DNA from: an uncultured Actinomycetes bacterium
GTDB lineage: Bacteria > Actinomycetota > UBA4738 > HRBIN12
Reading direction: 5' to 3'
DNA: 64,000 bases
NCBI GenBank assembly: GCA_963704725.1
Contig: OY969934.1
Span: 1-64,000 of the forward strand
Shown here: in pieces, positions 1 to 10,400 of the stretch
Position numbering within the stretch: the first letter of the stretch is position 1
How the letters are laid out: each line of letters starts with the position of its first letter
Notes under the pieces: generated by a model
Database searches by the model: none
What the model saw: only the letters and a program-made list of their open reading frames with translations
Told to the model about the DNA's origin: nothing
Made by a program: the position numbers and the translations under genes

Positions 1-83
1 ACATCCGTCCCCCTCCACGACGGTGGGGCGAAGGGTACCCCGAACGTCGTGCTGGCGAGCAACAGACAGGGCGAGACGGACGC

Positions 84-185
84 CTACTCCTCCGGCACCG
101 TCAGGAGGTCGAAACCTTCCTGGCGAGCCACCTCGGCCAGACGAGCATCGAGCGACAGGAAGGGATGCGAGGCGAGCGCCCGGTC
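84..185 (-). pseudogene. 3' remnant of a VapC/PIN toxin gene
   Basis: Minus frame ending at TAG 86-84 reads DRALASHPFLSLDARLAEVARQEGFDLLTVPEE*, matching the typical VapC C-terminus (F-x-x-L-D-x-R-L-x-E-x-A-R-x-E-G-F). No recognisable N-terminal half; abuts the HNH gene stop. Confidence 0.55.
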
Positions 186-1320
186 ACCCCACGCCTGCGA
201 GGACGGCCCGCGACTCGCGGCTGCCGGATCGCGGGGAGGGGCCGGCGCGATGGCGGGTGTCGTCGGGTCGATGCCACCGGACGGTGTTGTCGGGACCCCG
301 CGCCAGGCTCCATCCGTACTCGTGCACCAGCTTGTGGTGGAACGTGCACGTCAGCACGAGGTTCCCGAGGTCTGTCCGCCCGCCCCGGCTCCACCACCGG
401 ATGTGGTGGGCCTCGGTGAACCGGCGCGAGCCGCAGCCCGGGAACCGGCACTCCTGGTCCCGGTACCGGAGCTGACGCATCATCGCCGCCGACGGCTCGC
501 GTGAGGACCGACCGAGGCCGACCGCGTTGCCGCCCTCGTCCTCGAGCACGACCTGGAGCCGACCCGCGCAGGCGAGTCGCCGAACGGTCTCGACGTGCGC
601 CACGCCTCCGCCCTCGACCTGGCCCGAACGGTCGTCGGACGCGAGGGCCTCGGCTGAGGTGTGGATCACGACCGTCGAATGGGCAGGATCGGCCGCGCCG
701 CCGGACGTGAGCGCCAGCGACACGAGCGCGTCGGCCCGGCGAGCGACGGCACCGTGGAGTCCCGACCCATCGGGCTCCGATGGCATCCTGGCGGCGAGGC
801 GATCGATCGCCCTCGCCACCGCGGCGCCGTCCGCCGCCGGAAGCTCGGCCTCGAGCGCGAACCGCCGCCCGTCGTCGAAGGTCCACCAGCGAAGGTAGCG
901 ATCCCGCTCGACCTGCTCGGCGTGTTCCCTGGAGCGCCGGGTCTCGAGATCTCCTCGCCGGCGGATGGCGCCGACGGAGACCTGCTTGGCCCACCGGACG
1001 AGCCCGGCCTCGGTCTTGGGGGTGGCGAACCTGGCCAGCTCGACGACCGCGTCGATCGAGAGCTCACCCCGGTCCAGCGCCGCGGCGATCAGCGGCAGCT
1101 CCGGCAACGCGTGGCCGGCTTTGATCCAACGGTCGGCCTTCCACCAGCTGATGCCGTATCGCATGGAGGCGAGGTGCGCCATGTCGTGCGCGCCGTGCTC
1201 CCGCCAGACCTCCAGGCGGTCGGCCTCGGCCAGCTGCAAGAGCATGTGCCGTTGCGTGCGGCAGGCCAGGGCGTTCAGGTCGTCGATGTCCTGGAGCAGC
1301 TCGTCGCCGATGGATCGCAT
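184..1320 (-). CDS. DUF222 / HNH endonuclease-domain protein (13E12-repeat-like family)
   Basis: C-terminal RDQECRFPGC...EAHHIRWWSRGGRTDLGNLVLTCTFHHKLVH HNH signature and DUF222-like helical N-terminus. Start uncertain (ATG at 1320, 1329 or 1332). Confidence 0.9.
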   Translation of the reverse strand: MRSIGDELLQDIDDLNALACRTQRHMLLQLAEADRLEVWREHGAHDMAHLASMRYGISWWKADRWIKAGHALPELPLIAAALDRGELSIDAVVELARFATPKTEAGLVRWAKQVSVGAIRRRGDLETRRSREHAEQVERDRYLRWWTFDDGRRFALEAELPAADGAAVARAIDRLAARMPSEPDGSGLHGAVARRADALVSLALTSGGAADPAHSTVVIHTSAEALASDDRSGQVEGGGVAHVETVRRLACAGRLQVVLEDEGGNAVGLGRSSREPSAAMMRQLRYRDQECRFPGCGSRRFTEAHHIRWWSRGGRTDLGNLVLTCTFHHKLVHEYGWSLARGPDNTVRWHRPDDTRHRAGPSPRSGSRESRAVLAGVG

Positions 1321-1331
1321 GGACTCCATCA

Positions 1332-1347
1332 TCGAACAAGCGTTCGG
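1332..1347. promoter_or_regulatory. LexA (SOS) box upstream of the HNH gene
   Basis: TCGAAC-AAGC-GTTCGG, 1 mismatch to the actinobacterial consensus TCGAAC-N4-GTTCGA, immediately upstream of the HNH start. Confidence 0.75.
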
Positions 1348-1414
1348 CACTGTCTGTGAACTGGATCACAGTGCGCGGGGGCTCCGTGGCATAGAGCCGA
1401 GCCCGCCGGAGCCG

Positions 1415-2992
1415 CTACTCGAGGTAGCCGAGGCCTCGGAGGTGCTCCTCCATCTCATCGGCCTCGGTGTCGCTGACGGTCTCGGCCTCGCCGGTCGGCA
1501 TGCCGGGGACGACAGGGGCCTTCGTCTCGACCTTGGCCTCGGAGCCGACCACCTCGTGCAGGACGCGCCCGGTGTGGTGGATCGTGGCCGGCGCGCCGAG
1601 CGCGGCCAGGATCGTCGGGGCCATGTCGATCAGCAGCGGTGGCTGCTCGAACGGCTGCACGGTTGGCCCCGCGGCGACGATCACGCCCTCGATGCGGTGA
1701 TCGCCCGAGATCCAGTCGGCCTTCTCGATCGCCGACTTGGCGTGGGTGAGCGAGTACTGCTCGGCCGGCTCCATGAGGATGTCGGGGGCGGTGTCGGCGT
1801 GCTTGCCCTTGAAGATCTCCTCGCGCCGGTAGATCGCCTTCACGGGCTTGCGCCCGGTGACCGGGTCGGTGAACGAGGAGAGCGCGTCCATGACCTGGTC
1901 GCGCACCTTCTCGAAGTCGGCCGGGTCGACGATGCCGTCGGGCTCGCGCCCGGCCAGGTTGATCGAGACGCCCTCGCCCGTCGAGCGGATCGTCGTGAAG
2001 GCCTTCGTCTTGTGCCAGTTCACCGACTGCGGGAGCGAGACCTTGCCGTGGAGGCCGAGGAGGTCGTACGCCCTGCGCGCGATCTTGCGGACCGGCCCCC
2101 ACTGCATCGGCCCGAAGACCACGTTCGACGCGCTGAACTCGAGGAAGCCGAGCTGCTTCAGCAGGTGGTCCATGTGGATCGTGCGCGTGACCGCCTGGAA
2201 CCCGTGGTCGGAGATGAACAGGACCAGGTCGTCGGACCGCGTGCGCGAGACGAACGAGCCGATCGCGTCGTCGAGCTGCTTGTAGACGTCGCGGACCTTC
2301 GCGCCGATCGCGGTCTTGTCGTTCCTCGCGTAGTCGGGGTGGTCGGGCGCGACGTAGTTCGAGAGCGCGTGCTGGGTGCGGTCGACCGAGACCCAGACCG
2401 AGGCCATGAGGTCCCAGTCCGAGTTGTCCATCAGCCACTCGGTGGCGCGGATCCGCTTGCCGGTGATCTCGAGCGCTTCGGCCAGGTAGGCGTCGGGCTT
2501 GTTCCGGTAGGTCGTCCACGACATGCCGTTGATCACCCACGGCACGCCGGCTTTTTCGAGCTGGTCGGGGAGGTCCGCCGGGTGCGAGTAGGTCCGCCCC
2601 TTCGGCAGCACACCGCCGGCGAGGGCCAACCCGTTGATGGCCGGCGGCGGGAACATCAGCGGCAGGTCCGCGTAGACCCCCACCTTGCCGGCCGCCGAGA
2701 GGTCCTCGACGAACGTCCGCTCCCTGATCGACTTGAAGGTGATCGGGTACTGCTTGTGGGTCCCCGGGACGGTCTCGAGGATGTCGTAGACCCCGTGATC
2801 GGCCGGGTCGACCCCGGTCAGGAACGACGGCCAGGCCGCCCATGAGTGGGTCGGCACTGTCGACCGCAGGACCCCCCGCTGCCCCCGGCCGATCAGGGCC
2901 TGCAGGTTCGGCAGGTCACCCCGCTCGAGCAGCGGGTCGAGGATGCGCCAGTCGGCGCCGTCCCATCCGATGAGCAGTACTCGTGGCGACAT
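1415..2992 (-). CDS. Alkaline phosphatase superfamily / type I phosphodiesterase-nucleotide pyrophosphatase
   Basis: VLLIGWDGADW, STVPTHSWAAW nucleophile region, ISDHGF, SGDHR, and C-terminal HLRGLGYLE tail typical of this family. Confidence 0.9.
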   Translation of the reverse strand: MSPRVLLIGWDGADWRILDPLLERGDLPNLQALIGRGQRGVLRSTVPTHSWAAWPSFLTGVDPADHGVYDILETVPGTHKQYPITFKSIRERTFVEDLSAAGKVGVYADLPLMFPPPAINGLALAGGVLPKGRTYSHPADLPDQLEKAGVPWVINGMSWTTYRNKPDAYLAEALEITGKRIRATEWLMDNSDWDLMASVWVSVDRTQHALSNYVAPDHPDYARNDKTAIGAKVRDVYKQLDDAIGSFVSRTRSDDLVLFISDHGFQAVTRTIHMDHLLKQLGFLEFSASNVVFGPMQWGPVRKIARRAYDLLGLHGKVSLPQSVNWHKTKAFTTIRSTGEGVSINLAGREPDGIVDPADFEKVRDQVMDALSSFTDPVTGRKPVKAIYRREEIFKGKHADTAPDILMEPAEQYSLTHAKSAIEKADWISGDHRIEGVIVAAGPTVQPFEQPPLLIDMAPTILAALGAPATIHHTGRVLHEVVGSEAKVETKAPVVPGMPTGEAETVSDTEADEMEEHLRGLGYLE

Positions 2993-3148
2993 CCAAGTCT
3001 CTCTCTTGATTGATGCGCTAGTCAGCCTGGTGAGTCTAGACGTGAACAGGCGAGTGACCAACTGATCACGACACCTCGTATGGCTGCTCCGTCCTCAGGC
3101 GCAACAGTGACGCATCGGGCGCATCAGTGGTGTAGAAAGCGAGTCACG

Positions 3149-6100
3149 ATGGTCGCAGTGGCGTTAGCGTGGATTGCCGAAGCCGTAGCTGGCGAGCTGG
3201 CAGGACTCGGCCTTAGGAAGTTGGACCGTGGCTGGCGGAGGCGACTTGCCCACAACGTGTCCAAGCACGTGCCAGGCGTCTCGATCCATCGTGTTTCTCG
3301 TTTCTTGAAGTCCCCACAAGTGTTTGGCCTCCTCGCTTCTGGCAATCCACAGGACGTCGTGACATTAAGGCGTCTCCTTGAGAATGCTCTGGTAAGCAGA
3401 CTCGCGCCGCCCAGGACAGAGCAGGATCGGGAGCTGTTAACAGCCAGAGCCGATCGTGCGCTCAACGTACTTCTCCGTGAGTTCCTTGCGGCGTTGGATC
3501 CATCCAGGGCTGTGTCTGTGGCAAGCGAAAGACAGCTGTCGCTGCTTGCGACTATCGACCGCAAGCAAGATGAAGCGATCCAGCTGCACCATCAGACGTT
3601 GAGGGTGCTGGTACGGGAGGATTCGTTCAATGACCTACTCCTTCAGGTGCCAGCAGGTGTCGATGAGACACTCGGCGAGTACTCCAGGATTGACCAGGCA
3701 CACGCGGCAGAGCTACTTTCACTGATCATCGCAGCGCGCGATGCCCCGCAGGAGGGGTTCGACAGGCTCATTACTTCGCCACCCGAGTGGTTGACACGCG
3801 ACAAGTCGATGGCCGCGTGGGAAGCACTCGGAGAGTCCGCCGCAGCGTACGACCTGCATACTGCAGCGGCGAAGGCCTTCGAGCAAGCGTCACTTCTAGG
3901 GGAACGTCAAGCGACAGCACTCGGTCGCGCTGCCCTCGAGATGTTGAATGCGGGAGATCCTGATGCAGCCGACGCCTTGGCAGTTCGTGCTCTCGCCGCA
4001 GGTGGAACGGCCTTCCTAGATGTCCTTCAGGCGATCCGAGGCGACGATTGGGTGGCGCTCGAAGTGGCAGCCAATCGACTGATTGATGACAACGAGGCGC
4101 GCACGCTCGGGCTCGCCTTCAAAGCGAGCTCGTTGCTGCTGCAGCATGAGTGGGATAGGGCAGTCCAAGCCGGAGAGGAGTTCCTCAAGGAGAGGCCACG
4201 AGCCACGGGCTCGAGAATCGTGGTCGCCCGTGCTCTTCTCGCGCGCATTGAGTCAGGTGTCAGTCGAGATCGGACTAGCGACTGGCGAAGGGCGCTGGGA
4301 CTACTCGTTGAGAGCCGAGACATCCGAAGGCAATGGAATGGACCAAGCGCAGAGGCCGTTGAGTGGGCCTGCAAGGCCGCAATAGTGGGAAGAGACTGGG
4401 CACTTTGCATGAAGCTTGGTCTCGGACCTCCCCGTGGGGATGCGACTCCAGATGAGTCGAACTCACCGCATGTTCTCCCCTCGGTCATCGCGGCAGCTAT
4501 CGTCGCTGACGACAACGCTCTCGCCGAGTCCCTCATACCACTGCTCGACGATCCCTTCGAGTCGGCGCACCAACGATCGCTCTTGGCTGAGCACGAAGAT
4601 CGTCCACGTGAGGAGGTCCGAGAACTTCAGATGCAAGCGCTGGATGCGGCTTCCTCACTGGAGCAGCTCTATGCGGCACTGATGGGCTTGGCGAGTCTTG
4701 GCGAGTGGCCGCTTCCTCGGTTGGCTGAGATCGAGGCGCTCTCTCTCGAGAAGGTCGAGTTGTTGACTGCAATGTCAGAATCAGAACGAGGGCTGTACGA
4801 GCAGGCCACGATTCGGTTGCGCCCATACGCTGCTACCTCCGCAAAGGCCGCAGAACTCCTCGCCCGGACACAATCGTTGGCGCTTGATACCAATGCGGCA
4901 GTTGCCACGCTAAGAGATGCCTTCCGCAGGTTTCAGGACTCAAGCTTGCTGGTCTATGCGATCCGTCTGCTGCTACGCGACGGCCGAAGTGATGACGCGG
5001 AGAGAGAAGTGGCTCAGGCGATCGCAGCCGTCTCCGAAGACGCTCCGTCTTACCCTGCGATCCGACGACTCTCGATACAAGTGGCCCTCGATTGCCGCGA
5101 CTGGTCAGCTGCCGCGGCGCGGGCTCGCGCCTACCTTGCGAGTCTCGAGGGCGACGACGCACAGGTGCTCTGGGCGCTAGTCACCTCGCTCGGGAACCAG
5201 GCTTTGCTACGCGACGCGAGCCGCGTTCTCGATGATCACCCAGAGTTGCCGATCACATCAACTGAAGAGGCGACCACGTGGCTGGTTCTCCAGCGCGAGC
5301 TCCCTCCTTCAGACGAGAGACTGAATAGAAGTCTCGATCTCGCAGCTGAGTACGCGGAGAACGAGGACGTGATGGGAACGGCCCTCTTGGTTGCGCTTGA
5401 GATGTCCAGTCACGTGCAGGTGGGCCACGAAACAGCGGAAAGGGCCCAGGGGTTGATTGACCTGTTCGTCGATCGATACCCCGAGAGCACGATTCTGCGC
5501 AGGTATGACTTCTCCTCGCCCGAGGTTCTGCTCGAACAGCTTAGAGGGGTGCTGGAGCCCAGCGCTGCTCTGTACAACGTTAATGCCCGTCGCGTGTCCG
5601 AGTCGGGCTATCCGGCGGGGATCCTTTCCCTTATGTCAGGGAGGTCGTACACGGAAGCTCTTGTCAGTCGGGCAGCAGGGGCCATGGTGATATCAAGCGC
5701 CCTAGACGCAGTGCGTGCTCACGAACTGGATGTGGCGACCGACTCGCTGGAACGACCGGTGGCGCTTGACCTCAGCGCTCTGAACACCATCTCCCTGCTT
5801 CCCGATTTCTGGCAGGTAGTCTCGGCTAGATTCTCGGGGTTTGTTCTGCATATAGACGCATCTTTGGATTCGCAGTCCGGGGCACGCAACCTCGCAATGA
5901 AGAGCACGCGAAGCCTCGGTTGGGATTCGACAGCTGGCAGGCCGGTCATGCATGAGCTTGACGCTGCGACTGCGGAGGAGCTTGCGAGACGTGCGGCCTG
6001 GATCGCCGAAAAGGCCACAGCGATTCGTGCGATTGGCGACAAACGGCTAACCACCTTCCCCCTCCTTGACGGTGAAAGGTTCGGTTCATGGCTCGGCGCC

Positions 6101-6793
6101 ATAGAAGTTGCGAAGCAAGAGGGAATTGCTCTGTATGCCGACGATGTGGGCCTGAGGACGCTTGCTGAGGAGGCTGGCGTTGGCGCGTTCGGAACGTTGT
6201 CATTGATGGAGTCTCTCGTGTCGCGCGGCGCGATCACGAGCCAGACGCTGAATAACGCACGGCTCACGTTGCTCCGCAACTTCGCTGTTGACGTTGCATA
6301 CGAGAAGGACTTGCTGGTTGCGACTGCGGAGTCTGACGGGTGGGCCGTGGGGGCTTCCACTTTCCAGCTAACGAGGCCAATCTTCTGGCGCGATCAGGAA
6401 TCAGCGTTCCGGGCATTCCATCGACTCATCGTGGGGAATCTCGCGTCAGCAGCCCCAACGCCTTCATTGTGGACGGAAGCGGCCCTGAGAGGACTCGCTC
6501 ACTCAGCCAGCTCCATCGAGGACTGGCGCCAGCTGGGCGGAGCCGCCTGTCTATTCACGACCTGGGCCACTGGGTACGACGCTCAGGTCTTCTCACAGCT
6601 CATGACTTCCGCTCTGGGCATCGAAGCAGAGCAGGGCCGGTCGGGGCTGCTGGAATCCGTCGTGGGCGCCCTGGCTGCGGACCTGAGCGAGTCCCTGGAC
6701 CCCCGCCTAGCGGTCTCTGAAGTCCAGCGACTCGTCGCGGGGCTTCCAGAGGAGGTGCGATTCAGAGCGCTTCGGCGCCTCCTGGTTGGCTGA
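3149..6793 (+). CDS. Large TPR-repeat protein with C-terminal PIN ribonuclease domain (TPR-GreAB-C-PIN-like conflict system)
   Basis: ~1,215 aa. Long Ala/Leu-rich helical repeats, then PVALDLSALNTISLL...AIEVAKQEGIALYADDVGLRTLAEEAGVGAFGTLSLMESL (PIN motifs). GC clearly lower than flanks (spot counts 53-62%). Confidence 0.75.
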   Translation: MVAVALAWIAEAVAGELAGLGLRKLDRGWRRRLAHNVSKHVPGVSIHRVSRFLKSPQVFGLLASGNPQDVVTLRRLLENALVSRLAPPRTEQDRELLTARADRALNVLLREFLAALDPSRAVSVASERQLSLLATIDRKQDEAIQLHHQTLRVLVREDSFNDLLLQVPAGVDETLGEYSRIDQAHAAELLSLIIAARDAPQEGFDRLITSPPEWLTRDKSMAAWEALGESAAAYDLHTAAAKAFEQASLLGERQATALGRAALEMLNAGDPDAADALAVRALAAGGTAFLDVLQAIRGDDWVALEVAANRLIDDNEARTLGLAFKASSLLLQHEWDRAVQAGEEFLKERPRATGSRIVVARALLARIESGVSRDRTSDWRRALGLLVESRDIRRQWNGPSAEAVEWACKAAIVGRDWALCMKLGLGPPRGDATPDESNSPHVLPSVIAAAIVADDNALAESLIPLLDDPFESAHQRSLLAEHEDRPREEVRELQMQALDAASSLEQLYAALMGLASLGEWPLPRLAEIEALSLEKVELLTAMSESERGLYEQATIRLRPYAATSAKAAELLARTQSLALDTNAAVATLRDAFRRFQDSSLLVYAIRLLLRDGRSDDAEREVAQAIAAVSEDAPSYPAIRRLSIQVALDCRDWSAAAARARAYLASLEGDDAQVLWALVTSLGNQALLRDASRVLDDHPELPITSTEEATTWLVLQRELPPSDERLNRSLDLAAEYAENEDVMGTALLVALEMSSHVQVGHETAERAQGLIDLFVDRYPESTILRRYDFSSPEVLLEQLRGVLEPSAALYNVNARRVSESGYPAGILSLMSGRSYTEALVSRAAGAMVISSALDAVRAHELDVATDSLERPVALDLSALNTISLLPDFWQVVSARFSGFVLHIDASLDSQSGARNLAMKSTRSLGWDSTAGRPVMHELDAATAEELARRAAWIAEKATAIRAIGDKRLTTFPLLDGERFGSWLGAIEVAKQEGIALYADDVGLRTLAEEAGVGAFGTLSLMESLVSRGAITSQTLNNARLTLLRNFAVDVAYEKDLLVATAESDGWAVGASTFQLTRPIFWRDQESAFRAFHRLIVGNLASAAPTPSLWTEAALRGLAHSASSIEDWRQLGGAACLFTTWATGYDAQVFSQLMTSALGIEAEQGRSGLLESVVGALAADLSESLDPRLAVSEVQRLVAGLPEEVRFRALRRLLVG

Positions 6794-6806
6794 CACTGGC
6801 GCTACC

Positions 6807-6968
6807 GACCGCCCGCGGCTCGAGATGCAGATCGGCGTCGAGGCGGCGAGGTGCTCGTCAACCTCGAGCGGGCCGGCGGCACCCGCGACTGGATGCTCAC
6901 CGACGACGCCGTGAACACCCGCCGCCAGGCGTCAGGTCTCGGCCGAGCCCGGCCGCGTTGTCGTCGGC
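6807..6968 (+). pseudogene. Degenerate fragment of an adenylate/guanylate cyclase paralogue
   Basis: 162 bp aligning with 7792-7953 (DRPRLEMQIGVEA/GEVLVNLERAGGTRDWMLTDDAVNT/AARRQVSAEPGRVVVG versus GRPELEMRVGVEAGEVLVDLERAGGSRDRMLTGDAVNTAARLQSAATPGHVVVG), with two indels. Confidence 0.8.
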
Positions 6969-7102
6969 CTACCGTGCAAACTCGAGCTCCGGAATGGGCC
7001 AGGTCGCCTCGACACCGTCGAGCTTCGACATACGCAAGTCCCATCTGCACACGCGTTGACTGCCAACTCGGCCGCCGCAGTGGCACGGTCGCAAGACGCC
7101 GG

Positions 7103-7368
7103 GAGCTGCTCGCGCAGACGCTCGCGGCGACGCGCTCGGTGAAGCTCCTGTCGACCAGCCGCGAGGCGCTGCGCGTCGCGGCCGAGCGCGTCTACCCGGT
7201 GCCGCCGCTCGGGGTGCCGGACCCCGCGCGCCTGCCCGAGCTCTCGGCGCTATCGCAGTACGACGCGGTCGCGCTGTTCATCGAGCGCGCGAAGGCGGTC
7301 GCGCCCGACTTCGAGATGACCGAGGCGAACGCGCCGGCGCTCGCCGAGATCTGCGTGCGGCTCGACGC
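7103..7368 (+). pseudogene. Internal fragment of a STAND/NB-ARC-like predicted ATPase
   Basis: KLLSTSREALRVAAERVYPVPPL...YDAVALFIERAKAVAPDFEMTEANAPALAEICVRLD. Ends just before the usual GLPLAIELAA motif; no Walker A. Confidence 0.75.
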
Positions 7369-7409
7369 CTTGGGTCCGGAGGCAGACATCGCTCACATAG
7401 ACTCGGCCG

Positions 7410-10400
7410 GTGCCGACGTGTCCAACCTGCGGTGAGGAGAACCCCGACCGAGCCCGGTTCTGCCTGAACTGCTCGGCGCCCCCTGCACCCCACCGCCTCC
7501 CGGCACGAGCGGAAGTTCGCGACCGCCCTGTTCGCCGACATCGTGGGGTCGACCGAGCTCGCCGAGCGGGAGGATCCCGAGGTCGTCCAGGGGCTCGTGG
7601 GCCGGGCGTTCGACCGGCTCTCGGCCGAGATCGAGCGGTACGGGGGGCTGATCGAGAAGTTCGTGGGGGACGCGGTGCTCGCCGTGTTCGGGGTGCCCTC
7701 GGCGCACGAGGACGACCCCGAGCGGGCCGTGCGGGCCGGGCTCGAGATGCAGGCCGTCCTGTCCGAGCTGAACCGCTCGTTCGCGGCCGAGGGGCGGCCC
7801 GAGCTCGAGATGCGGGTCGGGGTCGAGGCGGGCGAGGTGCTCGTGGACCTCGAGCGGGCCGGCGGCTCCCGCGACCGGATGCTGACCGGGGACGCCGTGA
7901 ACACCGCGGCCCGGCTCCAGTCGGCGGCCACCCCGGGGCACGTCGTCGTGGGGCCGGCCGTGTACGCCTCCACGAAGGAGGTCATCGACTACCGGGACCT
8001 CGAGCCGCTCGACCTCAAGGGCAAGGCCGGGCCCGTCCCGGCCTGGTCGGCGCTCCGGCGTCCGGGCCCGGCGCCGCGGCGAGCGGCCGCCGCTCGGGCT
8101 CGAGGCGCGCCTGGTCGGGCGGGACGAGGAGCTCGCCGTCCTGAAGCAGACGCTCCAGCGGGTCGAGTCGGAGGGACGGCCCGCGCTCGTCACGGTCCTC
8201 GGCAACGCCGGCGTGGGGAAGTCGCGGCTGGCGTGGGAGTTCGCGAAGTACGTCGAGGGGCTCCCGCAGATCCTGTACTGGCGGCGGGGGCGCTCGCTCG
8301 CGTACGGGAACGTCTCGTACTCCGCGCTGGCCGAGGCGGTGAAGGCGCAGTGCGAGGTCCTCGAGGACGACCCGCCCGAGGTCGTCGCCGAGAAGGTCGA
8401 CCGCACCGTGAAGGAGCTGTTCGGCGATCTCGAGGTCGCGCCGCACGTCCGCGCGCTCGTCGGCGCCCGCACCGAGCAGCGCCTGTCCCGCGAGGAGCTG
8501 TTCGACGCGTGGCGGCGGTTCCTGGAGCGGATGGCCGCGCGCTACCCGCTCGTCCTCGCGCTCGAGGACCTGCACTGGGCCGACGCCGGGCTGATGGACT
8601 TCGTCGACCACCTCGCCGACTGGGCCACCGGGCCGATCCTGATCCTCACGCTCGCCCGGCCCGAGCTGCTCGAGACCCGGCCGGGGTGGGGCGGCGGCAA
8701 GCGGAACTACGCGGCGATCTTCCTCGACCCGCTCTCCGAGACCGAGTGCGAGGCCATGGTCGAGGACCTCCTGTCCTCCGACCTGCCCGAGTCGGTGAAG
8801 CGGCTCGTCGCCGAGCGCAGCGAGGGCAACCCGCTCTACGCCGAGGAGATCGTCCGGATGCTGATCGACCGCGGCGTGCTCCGCGCCACCGAGGCCGCCA
8901 AGTGGGAGCTGGCCCAGCCGCTCGACGAGGTCGAGGTCCCCCGCTCGATCCACGCGCTGATCGCCGCGCGGCTCGACACGCTCCCGGCCGAGGAGAAGGC
9001 CCTCGTCCAGGACGCCGCCGTCGCCGGCCGCATCTTCTGGCTGGGCGCGGCCGCCGCGCTCTCGGAGCGGCCCGCCGCCGACGTGCGCGAGGCACTCGGG
9101 CGCCTTCGCGTGAAGGAGATCGTCACGCCGCGCGAGCCGCCGGTCTTCTCGGGCGAGCTCGAGTTCGCGTTCCGCCACGTCCTGATCCGCGACGTCGCCT
9201 ACGAATCGCTGCCGAAGCTCCTCCGCGCGCGCAAGCACGTCGCCGTCGCACGGTGGGCGGAGGAGCGCGCCGGCGACCGCGGCCGCGAGCTCGCCGAGGT
9301 CGTCGCCGCCCACTACCTGCGGGCGATCGAGTATCGCGACGAGCTCGGGGAGCCGGCCGACCGCGAGCTCGACGCGGCCGCGAGCCGCTGGGCGTGGGAG
9401 GCCGGCGGCCGGGCGTGGGACCTGTGGCAGCAGGAGGAGGCGGGCCGCTGGTTCGACCTCGCCCTGTCGCTCGGGGAGCGGAGCGGCGCGGATGCCGAGC
9501 GCCTGGCGGAGATCGCGGAGGCGGCGGCGGCCGCGGCGGACGGCCTCGCGCCCACGGAGGAGCTCGTCGAGCGCTATCGCGCGGCGATCGAGCGCTACGA
9601 GGCGCTCGGCCGCGACCCGGACGTCGGCCGGATGCAGGTGGCGATCGGCTACGCGATGGTCACGGCCGGCCGGCTCTCCGAGGCCCAGACGTGGGTCGAG
9701 CGCGGCATCGCCGCGCTCGAGCGCCACGGCGAGAGCGCGGACCTCGCCCACGCGCTCGAGATCCTCGGCAACCTGCGGCGTCGCCTGGGGTCGCCGGCGG
9801 GGGGAGAGCCGCCGTTGCGTCGGAGCTACGAGATGGCCGCCCGCGTCGACGCGCCCGTCGCGAGGGGGCACGCGGCCATCTCGCTCGGGGTCGTCCTGCT
9901 GTACCTGGGGCAGGTGTCCGAGGGGATGGCGCTCATGAACGAGGGGTACGAGATCGCCTCCCGGGAGCACCATCTCGAGCTGCTGTTGCGGGCCCACAAC
10001 GCCGTCCCGTCGACGCTCATGGACTACGCGCCCGACTACGAGCGCGGGCGCCGGATCCTCGACGAGGGCATCGAGCTGTCGCGGCGGTCGGGGCGACGCG
10101 ACCACGAGATGTGGATGTGGTCCAACGTCGGCAACTACGCGTTCGACCTCGGCCGGATCGACGAGTTGGAGCTCGCCGGCGCGACGTGCATGGAGATCGG
10201 CCGCTCGCACTCCTACCCGTACGGGCTGGGGGCCGGAGGCGATGCTCCTCGGCCAGGCGGCGTTCCTGCGCGGCGAGCTGGAGGCGGCCCAGCGGTTCGC
10301 GGAGGATGCGGCGCGGGCGCTCGATGCCCACTCCGAGGTCCAGGCGGCCCCCTATCAGGACCTGCTGTTCGGGTGGATCGCGCGAGCGCGGGGCGACGAC

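Noticed and set aside
2993-7409. Prophage, IS or integrative element boundaries around the low-GC gene
   Set aside because: No integrase, transposase, tRNA, terminal inverted repeats or target duplication found by eye.
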